The notes below the pieces were generated by a model. That model searched no databases. It saw only the letters and a program-made list of their open reading frames with translations, and was not told the origin of the DNA. From positions 4,406-68,405 of the forward strand of contig WVZK01000086.1 in the NCBI GenBank assembly GCA_011772475.1: a DNA stretch of 64,000 bases, in the 5' to 3' direction. Position 1 is the stretch's first letter. Every line of letters begins with the position of its first letter. The translations under genes and the position numbers were made by a program. Origin of the DNA: Candidatus Aminicenantes bacterium. GTDB lineage: Bacteria > Acidobacteriota > Aminicenantia > Aminicenantales > Aminicenantaceae. Positions 1-7,228 of the stretch are shown here, in pieces.

Positions 1-715
1 CCAGGAGCATATCTCCAATTTTAAACAGAACTTCACCCAGCATTACACCTCCGAGGGTATTAAGAGCAAGATCATTTGAAGAAGGATGGATCGCTTCAAA
101 AAAAACCTCCCAGGTATAGCTCCCAAAAGCAGAACAGACTGTGGATTCCAGGAAATTTAATCCATTCGCCCTTCCTATTGAATAATGAACTGCGCCATGA
201 TAGGGATGTGCTAATTTGTTCATTCTGTACATATCGATATCAAAATCAAAACCAGTTGAGAGATTTTTTAAGATGGATTTCATCGAAATTTTTGTCCACG
301 GTCGAGGATCTATATACCTGCTAAAAGCCCATAATGCTACATTGACGTACGTAATTTCTAGGGCTGCCTTTGAATAGCTCTTCTTGTTTCTTTTTATGGA
401 GAATGTTTCGGAAGGAACCTTAAAGGAAAAAGTCGCTGAGTCCATTGCTGCCAGACTAAACCGGGCTGTGTAAGCGGTTTGTTTTCGCACGTAATTCTCG
501 GATGATAGGGACTCGTTAACGTTGGGCTCTAATATATCTGCCGAATTCTCTATATCGTCGGAGATAGTAAAGGCATGAGAATTTATCTTATAATCAAAGG
601 TAAGCTTTTGGTAATTGGATGATAGAATAAGAGTGTCATTTTTTTCTGCCGCAAATAAGTTCGTAAAACTTATTAAACACACAACCAGAGCTGTAGCAGT
701 AATTGTTTTTTTCAT
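1..715 (-). CDS. DUF3943-like secreted protein (3' end runs off the window start)
   Basis: Not in the ORF track. Hand translation of the minus strand from ATG 713-715 stays open to nt 1. Signal peptide MKKTITATALVVCLISFTNLFA, then AHPYHGAVHYSIGRANGLNF...GSYTWEVFFE, which resembles the DUF3943 core. Confidence 0.6.
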   Translation of the reverse strand, partial: MKKTITATALVVCLISFTNLFAAEKNDTLILSSNYQKLTFDYKINSHAFTISDDIENSADILEPNVNESLSSENYVRKQTAYTARFSLAAMDSATFSFKVPSETFSIKRNKKSYSKAALEITYVNVALWAFSRYIDPRPWTKISMKSILKNLSTGFDFDIDMYRMNKLAHPYHGAVHYSIGRANGLNFLESTVCSAFGSYTWEVFFEAIHPSSNDLALNTLGGVMLGEVLFKIGDMLL

Positions 716-962
716 TTTTTCTTAATTTACTCTGCTAGAGGGCTTATAGACTGTCTAAAATGCGCTCATCCAAAGCGCTTTTTGACAGCTTCGTATCCAA
801 TAAAAAGATAACGGTTTTATCAATATTTGTCAATAGCAAGGAAAATTAGCCAGGGTAAAGCATTTCTATTGAGAAAGGAAATTTTCCTCTCTTGACATGT
901 AATCTAAATAAATTTAATTTTATATTCGCGCCTAAAAGCCTTTAGACATCGGACTTATATCA

Positions 963-2984
963 ATGAATAACGTTAAAGAACATTTATGTGATGATGATCC
1001 TGCTAAGGGCCATCCTGATGTCAGAACGAAGCTCAAAGATGTGTCTTATTTTTTTCTCGGTAATGGACACATTCAGGCTGCTGTTCAAATCGCTCCTTCC
1101 GGGGAAGGAACACCCATAGGCCTATTGATCATGAATCCGGAGCATCTGGGGAAAAAGCGAGAAGCTTTAACCTTTGATCCAGATTCCGGACTGGAAAACA
1201 CTATGATCCGCATCATCTCTGCGCCGACCGCTAAAACCACAGGAACCAGAGCTCTTGAAGCTGGTTGGCTTGAGGGATATGAAATCCCTGTTGCCCAGAT
1301 CATATGGCGGGGTGGTAATTTCCAAGTCGCTGAGTACTTTTACTGCCCGAACTTATCTCATCCCGAGATTATGCGCGAGGTTCGCCTAAGAAACATAAGC
1401 AACCTTACAATTAAGGCTCGCCTGAAAACAGGAGTTCTTGATAAAACTATTGATGAGGAATTCTATTTACAACCTGAAGGAATAAAAATAGTATTACTCC
1501 GTTATACTTTGAATAGTTCAGGGAAACATATTACTCTTGATTTGGTGCCGAAAGGGGGAATAGGCCGTAAAGCCCTTCAGTATTGGAAAGAGAAAGCTTG
1601 TGCCTCGTTTGGTTCGCCTATCTTGGATCATTTTTTTACCGCATCACAGTTTCAATTGCCTGCAGTTGTCTCGAAGTTTGGAAAAGTAGATGGTAATATC
1701 TGGCAGCATAACCGTGAACGGGCTAGGGATCAGGCGATGGTGGCTGTGGGTTTGACAATAACAGGCCACTATGAGATTGCTTACAGGATACTCGACCGCA
1801 TGATTGAAGAATTTGTGACCAAGAAAGGGGATATCACAGATTCCGAAAAGGCGCGAGGTTCAGACGAGATAGATTTAGATCAGAATGGATCGCTTCTCTT
1901 TGCCTTGAAAAACTATGTTCTCTGGACTGACTCCTATGAAATAGTTACAAAACACTGGAACAAAATTGTAGCTGCTGCCGAGTTTCCTCTAGCTGGTGCT
2001 TTTGTTCATAGCCGCTCTGGCTTATTAGCCAACAGAAAGGAGTACTGGGGGCGACACCAGACTCATGGGATTGTAAAAGGGATGGAGTTAGCCCATCAAT
2101 TGTTTGCTGTCCTAGGGCTTTCTGCGGCTTCCACCATTGCCTCACTTATCTCCCGAAAATCTGAAGCGTCACACTGGAAACATAAAGCAGAACGGATAAT
2201 GAACGCCACCTTAGACGAAGCTCAATACGGCCTGGTTGATGCTCGTGGGTTCATCAAAAGGCGCGGTATCGATGGGGTAATTCAGGAAATTGTCAAGCCT
2301 CTGCCTAAAGCTCAATTTCCAGAAGGATCCCCATTATCTTTGAAGGGTGAGCATCGCCTCAACCCTGATGCTACATCTGTTCTACCCATCGCTATGGGCA
2401 TTATATCTCCAGATTCTCCTCTGGCATCATTGACATTGGATAGTGTCGAGAAACTTTGGAATCAAGCTTGGAAGGATGGAGGCTACGGGCGATATGATAT
2501 AAGTTCAGAACCTGATTCTCCTGGCTCCTGGCCTATCGCCTCCTTATTTGTTGCCCGTTCTTATGCTGAAACTGGAAATTTTGATAAAATGTGGAGAACG
2601 TTAGAGTGGCTTAATTCAGCACCTGGCGCTTTGTCTGGTTCATGGTTTGAATTTTACGGACAGCGTTTAGATCCGCGATTTTCTCAGGAAGGTATTGCAC
2701 CCTGGATTTGGGCAGAAATGCTAATCCTGCTGATTCACCATATCATAGGGATTCAGCCCGACGTAGACCATCTCCGGATAAGGCCAAAATTGGTCCCTGG
2801 AATAGAAAAAATCACCGCATCTTTCCCGCTGAGAGATAGAAAGATAAATATCGAAATTAAGAGTGGTCGCAAAAAGAAATCTTATGGCTTTAGTTCGGAC
2901 GGGAAAATCATACAATCATCAGAAAAGGAAGCCTATATTTCCTATCCCGAAAAAGACATTTGGGTTGAAGCTTCTCTGCCTTAG
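963..2984 (+). CDS. six-hairpin (alpha/alpha)6 glycoside-hydrolase-like protein (GH15/GH63/GDE type)
   Basis: 673-aa ORF with motifs EYWGRH, GGYGRYD, WPIASLFVARSYAETG and WIWAEML typical of six-hairpin glycosidases. Exact family not resolved by eye. Confidence 0.5.
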   Translation: MNNVKEHLCDDDPAKGHPDVRTKLKDVSYFFLGNGHIQAAVQIAPSGEGTPIGLLIMNPEHLGKKREALTFDPDSGLENTMIRIISAPTAKTTGTRALEAGWLEGYEIPVAQIIWRGGNFQVAEYFYCPNLSHPEIMREVRLRNISNLTIKARLKTGVLDKTIDEEFYLQPEGIKIVLLRYTLNSSGKHITLDLVPKGGIGRKALQYWKEKACASFGSPILDHFFTASQFQLPAVVSKFGKVDGNIWQHNRERARDQAMVAVGLTITGHYEIAYRILDRMIEEFVTKKGDITDSEKARGSDEIDLDQNGSLLFALKNYVLWTDSYEIVTKHWNKIVAAAEFPLAGAFVHSRSGLLANRKEYWGRHQTHGIVKGMELAHQLFAVLGLSAASTIASLISRKSEASHWKHKAERIMNATLDEAQYGLVDARGFIKRRGIDGVIQEIVKPLPKAQFPEGSPLSLKGEHRLNPDATSVLPIAMGIISPDSPLASLTLDSVEKLWNQAWKDGGYGRYDISSEPDSPGSWPIASLFVARSYAETGNFDKMWRTLEWLNSAPGALSGSWFEFYGQRLDPRFSQEGIAPWIWAEMLILLIHHIIGIQPDVDHLRIRPKLVPGIEKITASFPLRDRKINIEIKSGRKKKSYGFSSDGKIIQSSEKEAYISYPEKDIWVEASLP

Positions 2985-3141
2985 CGTTTTAATAATAGCT
3001 AACCGGGGTTAGGCCTTGCCAGAAGGAAAAGATATTGGCGTGTTTTTTGTCAATGGGGTCATTCCTTTCCCTAAGGAGAAGATTTTAGCATGCTTTTTGT
3101 CCTTACGCTATTCCGATGGATAAGGCCTAACGCCGATATTT

Positions 3142-3170
3142 TTGACATCAAATTTTTCCTGTGCTATAGG
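3142..3170 (+). promoter_or_regulatory. sigma70-type promoter TTGACA-N17-TATAGG
   Basis: TTGACA at 3142-3147, 17-nt spacer, TATAGG at 3165-3170. The 28 nt at 3140-3167 are identical to 44166-44193. Confidence 0.45.
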
Positions 3171-3212
3171 ACTATTTTAAATTTATTCATGGCTAATAAG
3201 AGAGAGGGTGGA

Positions 3213-3866
3213 ATGCTAAGAAAAATAGTTTTGGTCATCGTTATCATTAGTGTTTTATGGGTGAATTACGGCTGCGTTGCACAAGAACAAAATATTCGTT
3301 GGGTTACTTTAAAAGATATTGCTAAGAGTCTGGAGAATCAACAGCCGATGAATGTTGGATTTGATATTGATGATACTGTGTTGTTTTCAAGCCCAGGCTA
3401 TTACTATGGACGACAGAAGTATTCCCCAGGAAACAAAGGTTTTGCAATTATGGAAGAATTTTGGAATGAAATGAACAACGGGCTTGATCAATTCAGCATT
3501 CCCAAAGAATGTGCCCGAAGATTGATTGAATTGCATAAAAAAAGAGGCGACTCAATTTATTTCATAACGGCGAGAACAAAAACTAAAACAGAATCAGTTA
3601 CTGAGCTTCTTGCAAAGACTTTCGATTTAGAGAATCCACATAAAGTAATTTTTGCTGGCATCAAGCTTGGGGAAAATTTAAAAATCAAACCGATAAAGGA
3701 AAATAAAATTCAAATATTTTATGGAGACGCAGACTCTGATATTGAAGCTGCTTTAGAAGCGGGAATCCGAGCGATAAGAATTATGCGGGCTGTAAATTCC
3801 ACAAATAAGCCACTGCCCTGCAACGGAAGCTTCGGGGAGGAAGTTCTTGTTAATTCAGAGTATTGA
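3213..3866 (+). CDS. class B acid phosphatase (HAD superfamily, AphA-like), probable lipoprotein
   Basis: Track ORF 3090 trimmed to ATG 3213 (GAGGGTGG RBS; the predicted promoter lies inside the longer ORF). Signal/lipobox VNYGC. HAD motifs FDIDDTVLFSSP and YGDADSDI as in AphA. Confidence 0.75.
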   Translation: MLRKIVLVIVIISVLWVNYGCVAQEQNIRWVTLKDIAKSLENQQPMNVGFDIDDTVLFSSPGYYYGRQKYSPGNKGFAIMEEFWNEMNNGLDQFSIPKECARRLIELHKKRGDSIYFITARTKTKTESVTELLAKTFDLENPHKVIFAGIKLGENLKIKPIKENKIQIFYGDADSDIEAALEAGIRAIRIMRAVNSTNKPLPCNGSFGEEVLVNSEY

Positions 3867-3872
3867 GAGGCC

Positions 3873-4709
3873 CTATTTTAGTCCTAAAATAGCGGCAGCG
3901 TTTTCATAGAGGATTTTTCTTATAGATTCTTCAGCCAGGGGAAGTTCTTTTATAGCTTCAATATTGCTGTTGATTGTCTTTATTCCTGGCCAATCTGATC
4001 CGTAGACAAATTTCTCGATGTCTTTCTCCATCTCAGGAAAATAATTCAGCAGATTTTTAGGGGGCAGTCCTGAAATTTCCAGATAAATATTAGGATGAAG
4101 TCGAGATAGAAAAAATGCTTTTTCATACCAGAGACCTCTTCCGCTGTGAGCCATGAGGAGGAGAAGGTCAGGAAAATCGGAAGCCACGTCATCCAGATAG
4201 ATGGGATCAGCATACTTTACTTTTGAACCTTTAAACACAGAGGAGCCTGTATGGATGAGAACCGGTAGTCTATGCTCTTGGGCTATTTCATAAAGAGGAT
4301 AGAGAGAGCTATCATTTGGGTAGAAGTGATTGTAAGAAGGATAAAGTTTTATTCCTTTTACACCCATCTTGATGTATTTTCTAAGTTCCTGGGTTGGCTG
4401 ACTGACCAGTAAGGGATTAACAGTACAAAAGGGAAGGAAAGTGTCATTGCCCAGGCAAAAATCGATGACATATTCGTTAGAAACAACGCCAGTGGTAATA
4501 GGACTTATTTCAGGTAGGATCACGGCCTTTTCTATTTGATGGCTCTTGAGGTAGGCAGCAAACCTCTTCGGATCAATCATTTCCTCATAGCGTTCATAAT
4601 ACTCTGAATGTGCTTTTTTTTGGTAGGCGTGGATCCATTCATACCAGTGTTCTTTGAGACCGATGTGGACATGGAAATCGATGATTTTTATTTCATCTAG
4701 TTTTTTCAT
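3873..4709 (-). CDS. amidohydrolase-2 family metal-dependent hydrolase
   Basis: IIDFHVHIG, MAHSG and GSDWP motifs of TIM-barrel amidohydrolases. Confidence 0.75.
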   Translation of the reverse strand: MKKLDEIKIIDFHVHIGLKEHWYEWIHAYQKKAHSEYYERYEEMIDPKRFAAYLKSHQIEKAVILPEISPITTGVVSNEYVIDFCLGNDTFLPFCTVNPLLVSQPTQELRKYIKMGVKGIKLYPSYNHFYPNDSSLYPLYEIAQEHRLPVLIHTGSSVFKGSKVKYADPIYLDDVASDFPDLLLLMAHSGRGLWYEKAFFLSRLHPNIYLEISGLPPKNLLNYFPEMEKDIEKFVYGSDWPGIKTINSNIEAIKELPLAEESIRKILYENAAAILGLK

Positions 4710-4865
4710 TCTCGTTAGAAGATAAAAAACATAAACTCATCTATTTCCAGAATCTCCCGTGACGTTCACTGTTTTGAGAAAAGACGAGGGGGATTATCAT
4801 TCTTTACGGGATAAGAAAAGATATAAGGCCAGGTGATGTTAGTAGATTTTGGTTTTTGATTTCCG

Positions 4866-5141
4866 TTATGTTTGCTCTTCTATTTTACTGGTGTTTTCTT
4901 CTTTTTTAGCTTTTAATTTTTCTTCGAGTTCTTTGATCTTGAGGATGAGTGTTTCTTTTTCTTTTTTCTTCATCCTTTTTAGAATTCTAACAACCACTCC
5001 CACAATACAAGCTATAATTAGTGTGTTGATAATAGCAGAAACTGAGTATGGCGACTTCATTTGCATTGTGAAAAGGATATCCAACTGCGCTAAGAAGGAT
5101 AGAATTACCAAAACAAGCAGTATCAAAACCCACCAGAGCAT
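4866..5141 (-). CDS. small membrane protein with K/E-rich coiled-coil tail
   Basis: 91 aa with hydrophobic helices followed by KKKEKETLILKIKELEEKLKAKKEE. AAGGAGAG RBS 7 nt upstream. The opposite-strand ORF 4849..5163 is judged a shadow. Confidence 0.45.
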   Translation of the reverse strand: MLWWVLILLVLVILSFLAQLDILFTMQMKSPYSVSAIINTLIIACIVGVVVRILKRMKKKEKETLILKIKELEEKLKAKKEENTSKIEEQT

Positions 5142-5208
5142 TTGGCACTCTCCTTCAGGGTAATGAAAATTCCCTTCTCGAGTTTAAATGCAAAAATTTC
5201 TCGTATAG

Positions 5209-5236
5209 CTTATAGCAAAGGAAAACCTGAAGTCAA
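5209..5236 (-). promoter_or_regulatory. putative promoter TTGACT-N16-TATAAG (read on the minus strand)
   Basis: Hexamers at 5231-5236 and 5209-5214, between the propeller stop and the 91-aa gene. Confidence 0.35.
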
Positions 5237-5245
5237 GAGAGCATT

Positions 5246-6205
5246 TTATTCAGGAACATACTTGATTTTAAATTTATTAAGTGTCACTCCCTCATCTGCC
5301 CTTGAATAGAGGAAATCGTTACTGTCAATATAAATACAGTGGCTTGAATCAGGCAACGTAAAAGTAGTCAAGTGCTTGCCGCCCGGGCTGAGGACATAGA
5401 CGTCACAGCTTGGATTTTTAGAAAAACTGCCGCCCAAAATGAATAAATTTCCTGAACTATCCAGAGCTATATCTTTGTAGACAAATTTGGTGGGAAGCAC
5501 GAATTGTCCAATTTTTTCTTTTTTGATATCTTTGATGCCCAGCAATTTTTGAGACCATATTTTTATTCCTTCAGGATCAAATTTTTCAATTTTATCTTGG
5601 TAGTTGTAAACAAGATAAAGGTTCCCCTGAGAATCAAGATCAAAGTTCACCACATCAGTCAGAAGACGTGATTTTTTGTCAGAGTACTGGAGCTCGCGTT
5701 TGATCTTTCCTTTTGAGTTAAGGATGAAAATCATCCCTGCTTTAGCCGTGGAGACGGTGGTAACTGCAATCTCGTCGTCTTCGAGAACTTTCAAATCGTA
5801 AACAGGTACTGAAACTGAAATGCCGTGGCTATAATTTAAATCTTTATCAAAAACCTGAATGCCGGATTTGAACTGATCAGTGACATAAAGAAGCTCGCTG
5901 GAGATTCCTAAATACCTTGGAGCTAAGAATTCTCCCGGGCCTTGTCCTTTTCGCCCAGTTTTCTTTATGAGATTTCCCTTGTCATCGAATTTTTTCAGTG
6001 AATAATCCATGTTATCAGTAACATAAATATGACCAGTGGAATCAGAGATAACTCCTACCCATTGAAATAAAACATCGTCCTCCAAGCTTCCTATAGATAG
6101 AACCTCTTCAAGTAATATTTTTTGGATATCATTTCCGCCTAAGCCAGGGAGATTCATCTGAAAAGCGATTGATAAAAGATAGACAAGAAATAATGGTTTT
6201 TTCAA
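5246..6205 (-). CDS. secreted NHL-repeat / 6-bladed beta-propeller protein
   Basis: TTG start with AAGGAGG upstream and a signal peptide. GQGPGEFLAPRYL plus repeated YVTD/LYLV/LFIL blade-like strands. Confidence 0.65.
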   Translation of the reverse strand: MKKPLFLVYLLSIAFQMNLPGLGGNDIQKILLEEVLSIGSLEDDVLFQWVGVISDSTGHIYVTDNMDYSLKKFDDKGNLIKKTGRKGQGPGEFLAPRYLGISSELLYVTDQFKSGIQVFDKDLNYSHGISVSVPVYDLKVLEDDEIAVTTVSTAKAGMIFILNSKGKIKRELQYSDKKSRLLTDVVNFDLDSQGNLYLVYNYQDKIEKFDPEGIKIWSQKLLGIKDIKKEKIGQFVLPTKFVYKDIALDSSGNLFILGGSFSKNPSCDVYVLSPGGKHLTTFTLPDSSHCIYIDSNDFLYSRADEGVTLNKFKIKYVPE

Positions 6206-6262
6206 CTTTTTTGTTTCCTCCTTGGGAATTCGTGATTACCTATGCTTTCATACTGCGAGAGA

Positions 6263-6493
6263 TTAATTTTCAAGGTATTTTCTGCAAAAAATCCAGCCAT
6301 TAACGCAGTAGGCAACATCTGTGTATACCCTAGCGAAAAAGGGGATGTTCAATATCGCGTCGAGCAAACAATTCGAAAGAGCTTTTTCACACCTCCCAGC
6401 CTCCATCGGAGATACATTTACGCTAAAGAATATCGTAATAATGATCAAGATTAGAAATGCTTTTTTTATGTGTTTTTGGATTTGTGAAATCAT
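6263..6493 (-). CDS. exported twin-Cx6C mini-protein A (76 aa)
   Basis: RBS AAGGAGGG. Sec-like leader ending PMEA|G. Mature sequence GRCEKALSNC...CVNGWIFCRKYLEN has exactly four Cys. Paralog of the 6570..6857 ORF. Confidence 0.65.
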   Translation of the reverse strand: MISQIQKHIKKAFLILIIITIFFSVNVSPMEAGRCEKALSNCLLDAILNIPFFARVYTDVAYCVNGWIFCRKYLEN

Positions 6494-6569
6494 GTTTTCC
6501 CTCCTTTAGTCTTTAATTTCCTGTAAAGTTTCTTCTTATAATAGCCCGTGTGCGATGTATGTGAGCTTA

Positions 6570-6857
6570 TCAATATTCATAATAGCGCTTGCAGAAGTGG
6601 TAGCCACCAAGGCACATGGTTGAGTAGGAACCGCCTGCTGCGACCGCGCCGAGCATAGAGCCAAACATGTTGCCTGAAAAAAAGCCAGCGATAGCTCCCA
6701 GCACAGTGGCAATTCCGGCATCGATCATGCAGTTCAATAAAGCTCTTGAGCATTGTCCTGCATTGAGTTGGTCGGGAGCTACAAACATCGTGAAAAGAGA
6801 CATGAATAGAAATCCAGCAATTAATTTTTTGGCATTTTTTCCTCTTAAATTGTTCAT
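6570..6857 (-). CDS. exported twin-Cx6C mini-protein B (95 aa) with Gly/Ala-rich GxxxG loop
   Basis: RBS AAGGAGGT. Sec-like leader ending QLNA|G. Mature sequence GQCSRALLNC-(38 aa glycine-zipper-like)-CLGGYHFCKRYYEY has exactly four Cys. Confidence 0.65.
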   Translation of the reverse strand: MNNLRGKNAKKLIAGFLFMSLFTMFVAPDQLNAGQCSRALLNCMIDAGIATVLGAIAGFFSGNMFGSMLGAVAAGGSYSTMCLGGYHFCKRYYEY

Positions 6858-6964
6858 CCTAATACCTCCTTTAGATTGTTATTATGGCTGACTAAGATTA
6901 TTTAAAAATAATGATATTTAAAGAAGATTTCGTTCGTATTTATTATCGATTGTCTTCTCTTTTC

Positions 6965-6982
6965 TTTGACGGATATTTGACG
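6965..6982 (-). promoter_or_regulatory. two TTTGACG direct repeats with 11-bp phasing upstream of the peptide operon
   Basis: tttgacg at 6965-6971 and 6976-6982, roughly 110-125 nt upstream of the peptide B start. This is OmpR/PhoB-type site geometry. Confidence 0.25.
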
Positions 6983-7063
6983 AGAAAATCTCACTTTCAA
7001 ACCTTTCCAACTTTTATAGTTTGCGTGACATTGAGGTCAGATCTGTAAAACTTGAATTATAAG

Positions 7064-7101
7064 AAAATTGGGCCAACAAAATGGGGCCAGGCCCCATTTT
7101 C
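7064..7101. repeat. family-2 palindromic element (AAAATTGGGCC half-site plus AAAATGGGGCCAGGCCCCATTTT), probable bidirectional terminator
   Basis: A-tract, GGGG/CCCC hairpin and T-tract located 3' of the glycosyltransferase gene. Related copies at 12195-12233 and 57798-57875. Confidence 0.55.
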
Positions 7102-7228
7102 TCCTGATGTTAAGATAGAGGATTAGGTCCTTAAATAAGAATTGGATTGAAACGGAGTCAGACTTTCCAGACTTTTATAACATGGATATTAAGCTACAGT
7201 TAAATAGGAACGGGGGATGGGAGAGAGG

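Noticed and set aside
76-324. Track ORF 76..324(+).
   Set aside because: It lies entirely within the better-supported minus-strand DUF3943-like CDS, which is open from 715 to the window edge.
3090-3212. Long N-terminal extensions in the ORF track (3090 for the phosphatase, 12821 for S9, 19629 for M14, 28693, 33058, 34248, 41662, 44079, 59989).
   Set aside because: In each case an internal ATG is preceded by a proper SD and immediately followed by a signal or lipoprotein peptide. The 3090 extension would also contain the predicted promoter.
4849-5163. Plus-strand 104-aa ORF overlapping the 91-aa minus-strand ORF.
   Set aside because: The minus-strand frame has a good SD, matches the orientation of its neighbours and gives a sensible TM plus coiled-coil protein. 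The plus-strand frame is Ser/Phe-rich low-complexity sequence.
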